Assembly: GCA_963817955.1 (NCBI GenBank)
Contig: CAWFQK010000004.1
Coordinates: 1,536,001 to 1,600,000 of the forward strand
Length of the DNA stretch: 64,000 nt
DNA from: an uncultured Gemmatimonadaceae bacterium
Lineage (GTDB): Bacteria; Gemmatimonadota; Gemmatimonadetes; Gemmatimonadales; Gemmatimonadaceae
Direction: 5' to 3'
Shown: positions 41,811 through 51,784 of the stretch, piece by piece
Position numbering within the stretch: the stretch's first letter is position 1
Layout of the letters: each line of letters starts with the position of its first letter
The notes under the pieces: model-generated
The model's database searches: none
Told to the model about the DNA's origin: nothing
What the model saw: the letters and a program-made list of their open reading frames with translations, nothing else
Translations under genes and position numbers: made by a program

Positions 41811-44210
41811 CTAATCCGCCGCCAGAGTGATCGCCGGATCCACGCTCGCGGCGCGGCGCGCCGGACCGAGGCAGGCGAGGATTGCCACGGCCACGAGCAG
41901 TGCAGCGCTCACGCCAAGTGTCACGGGGTCGAAGGCCGACACACCTACGATCATCCCGTGCATGGCACGCGTCGCGAGGATGGCTCCGGCAATACCGATC
42001 ACGGTGCCCGCCGCGGCGAGCGACAAGCCTTCGCGCACCACCGCCGACACGATCTGGTGCCGCGCCGCACCGAGTGCGATGCGGATACCGATCTCACGCG
42101 TGCGGCGTGACACGCGGTACGCAAAGAGCCCGTACGTGCCGATCGCGGCGAGCAGCAGCGCCGCCATGCCGAACGAGACGAGCAATAACATCTGAAATCT
42201 CGGGGTCTTGAGCTTGCGGCCCATCAGCTCCGGCATCGTATTCACGTTCGATGCTTGGAGATCGGGATCGATCGCGCGTAAACGTGCCCGCACGTCGGAC
42301 ATGACTGTTGCCGGGGGCACCGCGGTCCGAAGCACGAAATAGGTGAAGCCTCGCGGTGCCTGTCGGTTGGACCAATAGATCTGGGGCTGCACACGCTGCC
42401 CGGGAGTGACCGCGGCGATGTCGCGTACCACGCCGACCACTTGCACGCGATACCGGTCCTGGAACAGCGACAATTCCTTGCCAATCGGTGTATCGCCGGG
42501 CCAGAACTGCTTCGCCAACGACTCGTTGACCAGCGCCACGCGTGGTGCACTCAGACGATCCGTCGCCTGCAGCGGCCGGCCCTGCACCAACGGTACGCCA
42601 AGCGTCGCGAAGAAAGACGGACTGACGTCATACCACCACGCGGCTGCACGTACACCCCCGCCGCGCGATTCGAAATGCACTTCGTCTGTCTCGACGCCTC
42701 CGAACAGGGGGCCGCCGGAAGCAGAACCCACGGCACGGACGCCAGGCAGCGCCGCGAGCTCCATCTCAACGCGGTCCCACAGCGCGGCAATCTTCTCTTC
42801 TCCAGCATACTGCTCGGCGGGTGCGAACAGCGAAAAGGTCTGCACATGCTCGCGTTCGAAGCCGGGATTCCACGCCGTGATCGCTGCAAAGGATCGCGTC
42901 AACAGACCCGCGCCGGCCACGAGAACGAGCGCCAACGCGAGCTCACCGATCACGAGCAAGCGACCGAGTACGCTCGATCCCATCGCCATGCCCCGTCCAC
43001 CTTCGCGCAGCGATTCCGCCAAATCCGTGCGTGCCGCACGAAGCGCGGGAGCGAGACCGAAGAGCACGGTCGTCACGACCGCCAATGCCAGCGCGAAGAA
43101 CAGCACCCGTGCATCGATCGTCACGTCCGAAATGCGCGGAATGCTCGGTGGTGCGAGTGCCTTGAACGCGGCAGTTCCCCACACCGCGATCAGCACGCCA
43201 AACGACGTCCCGGCCAGTGATAGCACGAAGCTTTCGACGAGCAGCGCACGCACGATGCGCCAACGACTTGCGCCGAGCGCCGAGCGCAGCGCCATTTCTC
43301 GCGCCCGCACGCCTGCGCGGGCGAGCAACAGATTGGCGACATTGGCACACCCGATGAGCAGGATGAGTGAGACCGCGCCGAGGAAGAACAGCAAGATTGG
43401 CTTGGCGCTCCCCACCACCAGGTCCTGCAACGATTCCATCTGGAGATCCCATCCCGCGGTCTTCGTAAAGTGCTCACGCCGCAGCTGTCCGGCGATGCCG
43501 GTGAGCTCCGCCTGAGCCGTGGCGAGCGACACGCCAGGACGTAGCCTTGCGTAGGCAACGAAACCGCGCCATTCGCGGTGCTCCTCGTCCCGCGGATTGA
43601 TGTGCAGTGGCCGCCAGAGCTGGATGTCGTCATACTTCGGAAGCTGGAATCCGGCGGGGAGAACGCCGATGATCGTGACGGGCTTGCCGTCGAGAACGAT
43701 CACGCGACCGACGACGTCGCGCGCGCTGCCGAAGCGGGCTTGCCACATCTCGTACGACAGTAGTACGACGTCGCTCTCTCGCCCTAGCATGTCCGACTCG
43801 CCGATCAGGCGGCCGAGCTCGGGGCGGACACCAAGCGCGCGAAACAGCCCAGGAGTGGCGATGCCGCCATTCACAGCTTGTGCCCCCTCGACCGTCGCGA
43901 GATGATACGGCCATGACCGGCCTATCCCGATGGCCTCGATGGTGTGGGAGCGCGCGGCGAGATCTTCGACATTCGGCGGCGAGATGCTGCACCAATCTTT
44001 CGTTGCTGCCGGATGCTCCTCACAGATCGTGATCAGCCGCTCGGCGTTCGGAAAGGCCAGCGGCCGGAGCACGATGCCGTTGACGACGCCATAGATGGCC
44101 GTCGTGACCCCGATGCCGAGGGCCAGCGTGAGAACGGCAGTGATGCTGAACGCGGGCTGCGCCAGCAAACTGCGCAGAGCGTATCGAACATCCGCGAGAA
44201 GATTGTGCAT
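41811..44210 (-). CDS. ABC transporter permease, duplicated MacB/FtsX (ADOP-like)
   Basis: D.RYA.R.L...P.F....LTLALGIG, LLIGCANVANLLLAR, RTREIGIR.ALGA. Confidence 0.92.
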   Translation of the reverse strand: MHNLLADVRYALRSLLAQPAFSITAVLTLALGIGVTTAIYGVVNGIVLRPLAFPNAERLITICEEHPAATKDWCSISPPNVEDLAARSHTIEAIGIGRSWPYHLATVEGAQAVNGGIATPGLFRALGVRPELGRLIGESDMLGRESDVVLLSYEMWQARFGSARDVVGRVIVLDGKPVTIIGVLPAGFQLPKYDDIQLWRPLHINPRDEEHREWRGFVAYARLRPGVSLATAQAELTGIAGQLRREHFTKTAGWDLQMESLQDLVVGSAKPILLFFLGAVSLILLIGCANVANLLLARAGVRAREMALRSALGASRWRIVRALLVESFVLSLAGTSFGVLIAVWGTAAFKALAPPSIPRISDVTIDARVLFFALALAVVTTVLFGLAPALRAARTDLAESLREGGRGMAMGSSVLGRLLVIGELALALVLVAGAGLLTRSFAAITAWNPGFEREHVQTFSLFAPAEQYAGEEKIAALWDRVEMELAALPGVRAVGSASGGPLFGGVETDEVHFESRGGGVRAAAWWYDVSPSFFATLGVPLVQGRPLQATDRLSAPRVALVNESLAKQFWPGDTPIGKELSLFQDRYRVQVVGVVRDIAAVTPGQRVQPQIYWSNRQAPRGFTYFVLRTAVPPATVMSDVRARLRAIDPDLQASNVNTMPELMGRKLKTPRFQMLLLVSFGMAALLLAAIGTYGLFAYRVSRRTREIGIRIALGAARHQIVSAVVREGLSLAAAGTVIGIAGAILATRAMHGMIVGVSAFDPVTLGVSAALLVAVAILACLGPARRAASVDPAITLAAD

Positions 44211-44447
44211 GACCCAATGTGCTCCAGCGCGCGGAGGGAAGTCAGCGCGCAATCAGGGGAACGACCACTAGCTTTCATTGTTGGATATGGCAAATTCCAG
44301 ACGCGTTCATTCCGCGGACACCGCGCGCATCGCGTTGCTATGTCGACACTTGCGCCTTCCAAGGTTCCGGTTGCTGAATGGCGGGTGTTCGATACTGGGA
44401 CTTCGTGTCCGATATCGGTCTCTTTCAAATCACTGGAAGGCCGCGTC

Positions 44448-44837
44448 ATGACCAACACTCCTGCCATTATTTTCCGCCGCTTCGCCGTCGCCCTGCTCGT
44501 GACCGGCGCGTTCGCCTGCGGCCATTTCCATCCGGGGGCCGACACTCCGGCGCGGGCTCGCATTTTTTTCTCGAACGAATCGCTCGATGAGGCTGCCGTC
44601 TACGCTGTGCGCTCGGGCGGGGATGGGATCCGGATCGGCACGGTGTTCCCTGGCCATACCGATACGCTCGTCGTGCCGGCGGACATCGCGAACGCAGGCG
44701 CGACGGTGAACCTCGTGGCGCGGATCCTGGCACATTCCTTCGCCCCTCAGAGTGGCCCGATCGTGATCCACGCGGGCGACGAGTTCGTCGTCCGGCTGCC
44801 TGCAGACCAACGGGTGCTCGTCGTACTGCCGCCCTGA
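44448..44837 (+). CDS. Hypothetical lipoprotein
   Basis: Lipobox GAFAC; beta-rich mature domain. Confidence 0.7.
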   Translation: MTNTPAIIFRRFAVALLVTGAFACGHFHPGADTPARARIFFSNESLDEAAVYAVRSGGDGIRIGTVFPGHTDTLVVPADIANAGATVNLVARILAHSFAPQSGPIVIHAGDEFVVRLPADQRVLVVLPP

Positions 44838-44918
44838 TCGGTCCTCATCACTGTCCACGCGCCGCCGATCGGCACGCACGGTGCAGGTTGTAGGATGGGA
44901 GATTACGGGAGGAACACG

Positions 44919-45119
44919 ATGAGCGCGGATCGCGACGATAAACTCAACCGCAAGCGCCGCAGTACGGATAAGGCCGCAGGCACAGGCAAGCGCGCGAAGA
45001 AGAAGGCCAAAGCACCGAACCCGCCACGCACGACGACCGGCCGATGGCTCACGACGCCAAAGTTCGGTTCGGCCGGGAGTGGCGGCCTGGAGTTAGAGCC
45101 CGGTCCCGAGCGCGACTGA
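44919..45119 (+). CDS. Small basic hypothetical protein
   Basis: GGAGG RBS; 66 aa; ends PKFGSAGSGGLELEPGPERD. Confidence 0.55.
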   Translation: MSADRDDKLNRKRRSTDKAAGTGKRAKKKAKAPNPPRTTTGRWLTTPKFGSAGSGGLELEPGPERD

Positions 45120-46094
45120 GGCAGCCTCGAAGGCCGCAACGGCAACGTCGTGAATCGGCACGGCGATGCCGTGCTCGCACGCCATGCGGACGACGGTGCC
45201 GGCGAGCAGGTCGAGTTCCGTCTGGCCTCCGCGCTCGAGATCGAGGAGGAAGCTCGGTTTCACGTGCGGCTGCACGGCCAGCAGATTGCGCCACACGCCC
45301 TCGCGATCGTCGTCGGTGAGCGGCTTACCGACCGCGCGACTCACGGCGATGATCTCGTCGAGCGCGCCGCCGAGCAGCGCGCGTCCGCGCGCGCTCTGCT
45401 GGAGGGGACCGATCGGCGCACGCGCGAGTCCGCAGCCGATCGTGATCGGCACGATGAACGCAAATTTGCGCCACAAGTCCCGCGCGATGTCGTCGCTCAG
45501 CGTTGCGTTCGTTCCGCATACTCGCAACGCGTTCACGAACGGGCGAAGGACTTCGTTCGTGCGGCCGGCAAAATCACCGACGATGACGACGTCGGCGGGA
45601 CTCTTGCGCTCGACGACGCCGGGTGCAGTCCGCACGACACTGATCGCCGCCAATCCACCGGCAATGCGTGCCGGTAACACGCCGAGTGCTTCCAATCGCT
45701 CTGCGACGTCAGCGCCATTGAGCAATGGAACGATCGTCGCACCGTGCTGCGCAGCACCGGCCAATGCGTCGCCGACGTCGGGCAGCGAATAGCCCTTCAC
45801 GGCGACGATCACGAGGTCGCGGTCATTGAGGCGCGCCGGGTCGTCCGTCGCCGTCGGATGCGTGATGACAGAGCGGTCGGAGGTTCGCAACTCGAGGCCG
45901 CGCGTACGTACGACATCGAGATGCGCTCCGCGCGTAAGCAGCACCACGTCGTGTCCTCCGGCGGCAAGGAGCGCCGCGTAGTAGCTGCCAATGGCGCCGC
46001 CGCCGACGACGCCGAGCGGCAAACGCCGCTGGCCCTGCAACTGCTGAAGCAGTTCCTCCGGCCTAGGGCCGGTCGCAAAAACAGAGATAGACAT
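45093..46094 (-). CDS. 2-dehydropantoate 2-reductase family protein
   Basis: VVGGGAIG, VAVK.Y, LLNG, W.KF, SF..DL..G..TE.D; start uncertain. Confidence 0.88.
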   Translation of the reverse strand: MSISVFATGPRPEELLQQLQGQRRLPLGVVGGGAIGSYYAALLAAGGHDVVLLTRGAHLDVVRTRGLELRTSDRSVITHPTATDDPARLNDRDLVIVAVKGYSLPDVGDALAGAAQHGATIVPLLNGADVAERLEALGVLPARIAGGLAAISVVRTAPGVVERKSPADVVIVGDFAGRTNEVLRPFVNALRVCGTNATLSDDIARDLWRKFAFIVPITIGCGLARAPIGPLQQSARGRALLGGALDEIIAVSRAVGKPLTDDDREGVWRNLLAVQPHVKPSFLLDLERGGQTELDLLAGTVVRMACEHGIAVPIHDVAVAAFEAASVALGTGL

Positions 46095-46129
46095 GGGGAG
46101 GGTGAGGCCGGAGGGCAAAGACGAGCAAC

Positions 46130-46180
46130 GAGTACCGAGTACCTACTACCGACTACTGAGCACTGAGCACTGAGCACTGA
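46130..46180. repeat. Drifting heptamer array immediately after the mmsA stop
   Basis: GAGTACC GAGTACC TACTACC GACTACT GAGCACT GAGCACT GAGCACT GA. Confidence 0.85.
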
Positions 46181-47635
46181 TTACGACATCCAGTTCACTC
46201 CGGCCTCGCGATTCCACTTCGTGGTCATCTTCTTGGCTTGTGTCCAGAACTCGATGGAGCCGTGCCCTGTAATATCGCCGACACCGAACTTGGACTCGTT
46301 CCAGCCGCCGAACGAGAACGGCTCGCGCGGCACCGGCACGCCAACGTTGACGCCAACCATGCCCGCGCCCGCATGCTCCATCACGTATCGCGCGACCGCT
46401 CCACTCTCGGTGAATACCGACGCGGCGTTGCCGTACGGCGATGCATTCTCAATCTCGAGGGCCCCGGATACGTCTGGCGCGCGAACGATGACGAGCACCG
46501 GCCCGAAAACTTCCTCCTGGGCGATGCGCATGGCGGGCGTGACATGGTCGATGATCGTCGGTCCGAGATAGTACCCGTTTTCCAGGCCCGGGACACGCGC
46601 GCCACGGCCATCGACGAGCACCTTGGCACCGGCCGCCTCTGCTTCCGCGATGTACCGCACGATGCGCTCCTTCGCCGCGGCCGAGATGACGGGCCCGATG
46701 TCCGTTCCCGGCACCATCGCCCGCGCGACCTCGCACATTCGCTCGATGATGTGATCGGTGTTCGACACGGCGACCATGACGGCCGCCGCCATGCACCGCT
46801 GGCCAGCGCAGCCAGACATGGACGCCACGATGTTCGTCGCCGCCATCTCGCGGTCGGCATCGGGCATGACGATGAGATGATTCTTGGCGCCACCGAGCGC
46901 GAGACATCGCTTGAGGTTCGACGTCGCGCGTCTGTACACGACTTTCGCGATCTTCGTCGAGCCGACGAAGCTGACGGCGGCAATGCCCGGGTGATCGCAG
47001 ATCGCTTCCACGGCCTCACGTCCGCCGTGGACCACCTGAAATACGCCGGGGGGCAATCCCGCTTCCCGCAGCAGGTCGGCAATGCGGCCGGCGCTGATCG
47101 GCACGATCTCCGACGGCTTCAGAATCATGCAGTTGCCCAACGCGATCGCGTTTGGAATCGTCCAGTTGGGCACCATGTTCGGGAAATTGAACGGTGCGAT
47201 CGACGCAACGACGCCGAGGGGAAAACGCTCCACGCGACACTCGACGCCGCGACTTACCTCGAGCACCTCGCCGGACGCGATCTGCGGCAGCGAACAGGCG
47301 AACTCCGTCAACTCGGCGGACTTCAGGACCTCGGCGCGTGCCTCGTTGGCGATCTTTCCGTTTTCCTCGGTGACCAGCGCGGCCAGTTCGTCGATGTGCT
47401 GCTCGAGGAGCGCTTTGTACCGATAGAACACCTGAACGCGTTCCTTGATCGGCGTCGTTGCCCAGCCGGGGAACGCGGCGCGCGCGGCCTGAACGGCAGC
47501 GTCCACCTCTCCCGCCTGTGACATGGGTACGCGGGAAATGACTTCACCGCTACTCGGATTGTAAACGTCCAGCGACGGCCGATCCGTCGCGGCGAAGTTG
47601 CCCGCGACGTAATTCTGAAGTTCCGCGTATTTCAT
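46181..47635 (-). CDS. mmsA: CoA-acylating methylmalonate-semialdehyde dehydrogenase
   Basis: PFNFP, SFVGST, GGAKNH, AGQRCMA, GMVGVNVGVPVP..FSFGGW. Confidence 0.92.
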   Translation of the reverse strand: MKYAELQNYVAGNFAATDRPSLDVYNPSSGEVISRVPMSQAGEVDAAVQAARAAFPGWATTPIKERVQVFYRYKALLEQHIDELAALVTEENGKIANEARAEVLKSAELTEFACSLPQIASGEVLEVSRGVECRVERFPLGVVASIAPFNFPNMVPNWTIPNAIALGNCMILKPSEIVPISAGRIADLLREAGLPPGVFQVVHGGREAVEAICDHPGIAAVSFVGSTKIAKVVYRRATSNLKRCLALGGAKNHLIVMPDADREMAATNIVASMSGCAGQRCMAAAVMVAVSNTDHIIERMCEVARAMVPGTDIGPVISAAAKERIVRYIAEAEAAGAKVLVDGRGARVPGLENGYYLGPTIIDHVTPAMRIAQEEVFGPVLVIVRAPDVSGALEIENASPYGNAASVFTESGAVARYVMEHAGAGMVGVNVGVPVPREPFSFGGWNESKFGVGDITGHGSIEFWTQAKKMTTKWNREAGVNWMS

Positions 47636-47691
47636 GCGCAATCATGCGGAAGCCTCAGGTGTTCTGCAAGTATCCGATCGCGCTCAGTGGT

Positions 47692-48093
47692 TCACGGCTT
47701 CTCGCCACGATGCCCAATGGCCCATATGTATGCCGCGACGCGTTGCGCATCGGCGTCGCTGATGCCACCCGGGTGCGAGACCATGACCGTGCCTGTCACA
47801 CCATGTGTAACCACATAATAGATGGCGTCGTATTCGCCACCCTTGGCGTCCTTCCATTGATGCGGCTTGAGCGTCGGCGCTACCGGGCCGCCCTCGAGAT
47901 TCTGGCCGTGGCAGGCAAAGCAGGTGCCACGACCATGGAAGATGGCCCGGCCGGCGTTGATCATCTCTGGGGTGATGGCCCCGGTATCGGGCAGCGCGCG
48001 AGGCTGCGCCGCTTGCCCACCGGACGCGGACGGCCGCATCGTCGCCGCGGCAATCACCAACGCGGCAACGGCCGCAAACTTGAACGCGATCAT
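47692..48093 (-). CDS. Small periplasmic c-type cytochrome
   Basis: Signal peptide; CFACH; distal Met. Confidence 0.85.
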   Translation of the reverse strand: MIAFKFAAVAALVIAAATMRPSASGGQAAQPRALPDTGAITPEMINAGRAIFHGRGTCFACHGQNLEGGPVAPTLKPHQWKDAKGGEYDAIYYVVTHGVTGTVMVSHPGGISDADAQRVAAYIWAIGHRGEKP

Positions 48094-48256
48094 TTGATCC
48101 CAGGGTTCAGGAATTCTTCGGCGTCACGCGCTCCTGCAGCACCATCCAAACCGTAGTCTGGCGCCGTTTGGGCGCGAAGTGTGCCGTTGCATCGGGTCAT
48201 GTCGACTATTGATACCCCGCAGACCAGCGACTTCCCTTCTTTATGGTGAGGGCAAC

Positions 48257-48718
48257 ATGAATGCCAAGCGCGCTGCCGCAGCAGGAGCGATCGGAACGGG
48301 CGTCTCCACGGCACTCTGGCTCATCGAGCCATCGGTGGGCCTTCCGCAGATCGCTGTCGGCCAACTGCTCAGCACGGCCATGTCAGTGAGCGTCGCCCAG
48401 TTCAATCCCGGCCCAGCCGGCGGCTGGGTCATCCACTTCGTCGTCGGTATTCTGCTGGCACTGCTCTACGCTGGAGTCTTCGCCAACCGCCTGCCGGGAA
48501 ATTCGGTGATCCGCGGAGCCGAGTACGGTGTTCTGGTGTTCATCGTCGCGCAGATTCTGTTCATGCCATTCGTGGGTGCCGGAATCTTTTCGCACGGCGA
48601 TGTCAGCTTGCTCGTTGGAAGCCTGCTGGGACACCTGGTGTACGGCGCGGTGGTCGGATGGATCTACGGGGAGATCGACTCACCCATGCAGTCGAGCCGT
48701 GTGCTTGGAGCGGTGTGA
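48257..48718 (+). CDS. Hypothetical 4-TM membrane protein
   Basis: GWVIHF..G...A..Y, FMP.VG.G.F, L.GHLVYG. Confidence 0.8.
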   Translation: MNAKRAAAAGAIGTGVSTALWLIEPSVGLPQIAVGQLLSTAMSVSVAQFNPGPAGGWVIHFVVGILLALLYAGVFANRLPGNSVIRGAEYGVLVFIVAQILFMPFVGAGIFSHGDVSLLVGSLLGHLVYGAVVGWIYGEIDSPMQSSRVLGAV

Positions 48719-48725
48719 GTTGTAT

Positions 48726-48933
48726 GACACGGGCGGGGGACACGGGACACGGGACACGGGACACGGGACACGGGACACGGGACACGGGACACGGGACACT
48801 CACAACGCATAACTCACAACTGGACACTCGAACCTCGCCGACCGGTGGGCCGATCGCTACGGAGCAGCCAGCGACATCCAGCCGGTCGATACCCGGAGTC
48901 CAGACCGCGCTGCGCCGGCCCGCGAGAGTGGCT
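48726..48933 (+). repeat. Dispersed repeat copy 8
   Basis: 9 perfect GGGACAC units 48737-48799; core 48798-48883; tail CCCGGAGTCCAGA. Confidence 0.95.
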
Positions 48934-48943
48934 CCTTACCGCG

Positions 48944-49327
48944 TCAGCAGGGTCCGCCCGTGCAGGCGAAATAGGCCTCAACGCAGCGCATGAACACCAA
49001 CGGGTACCATGCGGCGCACAACGGCGGCGTTTCCGCGGCAGCTTCCGCAGACACGGCCTCGGCAAGCGAGGGAGCCCGGCCGTCCAGGCCCGCGAAGACC
49101 GCCTTCAATGCGATCACGCAACGTTCCGGCATCTCCTCTCGCTGGCGGAACTCGCACGCAAACGTTGTCGCAGATGCCATCAACTCCGCCTCTGCCTCCA
49201 CTGACCGGTGCTCGCGCGCCGAACGGAGTGCTCGCACCAAACGCCCGGTTCCGCTGCGTTCCAGGGCGGTGGGGGGCACCAGGTGCGAACTGGCCAAAGC
49301 GAATTGGCAGGAGGGAGCGAGCATCAT
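48944..49327 (-). CDS. Small helical hypothetical protein
   Basis: PER..IALK and C-terminal CVEAYF pattern; start uncertain. Confidence 0.55.
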   Translation of the reverse strand: MMLAPSCQFALASSHLVPPTALERSGTGRLVRALRSAREHRSVEAEAELMASATTFACEFRQREEMPERCVIALKAVFAGLDGRAPSLAEAVSAEAAAETPPLCAAWYPLVFMRCVEAYFACTGGPC

Positions 49328-49453
49328 GCCAAACACCATAGGCTATAGCGTAAATCCGCGAAGCGGGTCGTCCCCCCCGGCCATGTCAGAGAAAAAGCGA
49401 CAGGCAATGCTCACATTTCCGTGAACCGTTGACCGTTACATGGTGCGGCGTAT

Positions 49454-49630
49454 TCTGGACTCCGGGTTTTGACCGGCTGGGTGTCGCTGGCTGCTCCGTA
49501 GCGGTCGGCCCACCGGTCGGCGAGGTTCGAGTGTCCAGTTGTGAGTTGTGCGTTGTGAGTTTCTCGTGTCTCTGTCCTGTCTTTTCGTGTCTCGTGTCCC
49601 GTGTCCCGTGTCCCGTGTCCCGTGTCCCAC
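49454..49630 (-). repeat. Dispersed repeat copy 9
   Basis: Tail TCTGGACTCCGGG; core 49475-49560; heptamers to 49628, 3 nt from the stop at 49632. Confidence 0.95.
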
Positions 49631-49631
49631 C

Positions 49632-51014
49632 TCAGAACGTGCACCGCGCTCCGCGCTCGGGAACGTTCACGTCGTAGCCGTCGCCGCGAAGGATCTCGGA
49701 AAATGCGTCCTGGGCGCGTGCTTCGCCGTGCACCAGATGCACCGGAAGCTTCCGATTGCTCGATCCGCGGACGAGGCTCAGCCATCGGTGTAGTTCACCG
49801 CGGTCGGCGTGCGCGCTGTAGCCGTTGAGCACCTCCACCCGAGCGCGAAGTGCCACTTCCTCTCCGTACACCTTGATGGTGGGGCGCCGCTCGACGATGC
49901 GCCGCCCGAGGGTGTGCTCGGCTTGAAAACCCACGATGAGGATGGTGTTCTTTGGATTGGAAGCGCCGTTCGCGAGGTGGTGCAGAATGCGGCCGGCCTC
50001 GGCCATGCCGGATGCCGCGATGATGATCATCGGCCCATGACGGTCGTTGAGCGCTTTCGACGCCGACGCGTCGCGCGCGAACTCAAGCCCCTCGAAATCG
50101 AACAAGTCGTCGACCGTGGTCACGAGCTCTTCGCGGCGATCGTACGCGTCGGGATTCATCGCGAATACCGCCGTTGCAGCGATCGCCAGCGGGCTATCGA
50201 CGACGATGGGAATGGCCGGGATAGCCTTCGCGCGGGTGAGCCGGTGCAAGTCGTACAGCAGCTCCTGCGTCCGGCCAACGGCGAACGCGGGGATCAGCAC
50301 ACGACCGCCAGCCGCCGCGGTCTCGCGAATGATGCGGCCGAGTTGGTCAGGAAGGTCGGCCACAGACGCATGATCGCGGTCGCCATACGTCGACTCCATG
50401 ATGACGACGTCGGCATCCTGCGGCGGGCGCGGATCGCGGATGATCGGCAGCCCCCATCGTCCGATGTCACCAGAATACACGAGTCTGCGGCTGACGCCAT
50501 TCTCGGTGCAATCGAGCACAATCGACGCAGACCCAAGAATGTGTCCCGCCTCGACGAAGGTGGCGCGGATGCCCGGCGCGACATCGAAGGGCTGGTCATA
50601 CGGAATGCCGGTCATGCGTTTCATCAAACGCGTCACGTCATCCTGATCATATAACGGACCGACGAACGAGCGTTTGCGGCGCGCCAGGTACTCCGCGTCC
50701 TTCTCCTGGATGTGCGCGGAGTCAGCGAGCATGATGGCACACAGGTCGCGCGTGGGCGGCGTTGCGTACACGGGACGTTCGAATCCGTATCGTGCGAGCA
50801 ACGGCAACCGGCCGGAGTGATCGATGTGCGCGTGCGACAGCAACACCGCGTTCACCTCGTTCGCCCGGAAGGGGATCTCCAGGTTGCGCGCATTGGACTC
50901 GGCGCGCCGCCCCTGATACATCCCGAAATCGAGTGCGACCGTCGAACTGCCGACGTGGATGAGATGGCACGAGCCGGTGACTTCGCGCGCCGCGCCTAGA
51001 AAGGTGATGTCCAT
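49632..51014 (-). CDS. MBL-fold beta-CASP metallo-hydrolase (putative RNase)
   Basis: GAAREVTGS, SHAHIDH, AGHILGS, ESTYG, FAVGRTQE, SAHAD, LVHGE. Confidence 0.93.
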   Translation of the reverse strand: MDITFLGAAREVTGSCHLIHVGSSTVALDFGMYQGRRAESNARNLEIPFRANEVNAVLLSHAHIDHSGRLPLLARYGFERPVYATPPTRDLCAIMLADSAHIQEKDAEYLARRKRSFVGPLYDQDDVTRLMKRMTGIPYDQPFDVAPGIRATFVEAGHILGSASIVLDCTENGVSRRLVYSGDIGRWGLPIIRDPRPPQDADVVIMESTYGDRDHASVADLPDQLGRIIRETAAAGGRVLIPAFAVGRTQELLYDLHRLTRAKAIPAIPIVVDSPLAIAATAVFAMNPDAYDRREELVTTVDDLFDFEGLEFARDASASKALNDRHGPMIIIAASGMAEAGRILHHLANGASNPKNTILIVGFQAEHTLGRRIVERRPTIKVYGEEVALRARVEVLNGYSAHADRGELHRWLSLVRGSSNRKLPVHLVHGEARAQDAFSEILRGDGYDVNVPERGARCTF

Positions 51015-51030
51015 GGCTCAGAATGATAAA

Positions 51031-51094
51031 CGTGTCCCGTGTCCCGTGTCCCGTGTCTCGTGTCTCGTGTCTCATGTCCCGTGTCTCATGTCCC
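51031..51094. repeat. Heptamer array overlapping the AI-2E stop codon
   Basis: About 9 (G/A)TGTC(C/T)C units; the TGA at 51086-51088 lies within the array. Confidence 0.9.
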
Positions 51095-51784
51095 ACCATA
51101 CTCTTCTCGAAACGCGCGCAGCAGCTCGAACAGGTACGCGATGGCCAGCGGTCCGAGGAGGAGGCCCACCAGTCCGAAGTAGCGAAGGCCGGCAAAGGCA
51201 CCGACGAGCGTGATCATCGGGTGGATGTTCGAGACGCGCTTGTACACGAGTGGCAACAGGATCACGTTGTCGATGTTGCTCGCGATGACACCTCCGATCA
51301 CCGCCAGTACCGCCGCCGCGCCGTAGCGCCCCTGTCCGAGCAGCACCATCACGGCCGGCAGCCACACCAGGGCGCTTCCGAGGAACGAGAACAACTGCGC
51401 CGACAACCATGAGATGAGCATCCCGCTCGCTTTCGCGAGCTCCGCGCCCACCTGGACATCGCCGATGTGCAACTCGCCGACGCGCGCAAACACGGCGCTG
51501 TCCTGCACGCTACGCAGTGCATCCGGGGCTTGGCCGACGACCAGCACGATCAGCCAGGCGAGCGGCAGCGCGACGATGATGAGCGCCGCCACGAGCGTGA
51601 TTGAAGCCGCAATCCCCGGCCTGAGGATGCGCCCGAGCCACCGATATGGCTTCACGAGGATCACGTAGAGCACCCCCACGCCAAGCAATCCGCTCACGAA
51701 CGGCGTCAGGGTCAGTAGGATCGCCCCACCAAGAACCAGAATGAGCAAGCCGGCACGGTCGCGCGGTGTCTGCAGGAGTGTCAT
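51086..51784 (-). pseudogene. AI-2E family transporter with probable in-frame internal deletion
   Basis: 232 aa; N-terminal AI-2E part joins directly to GSALVWLP..DN..P..IHP..G..FG..G..LGP. Confidence 0.7.
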
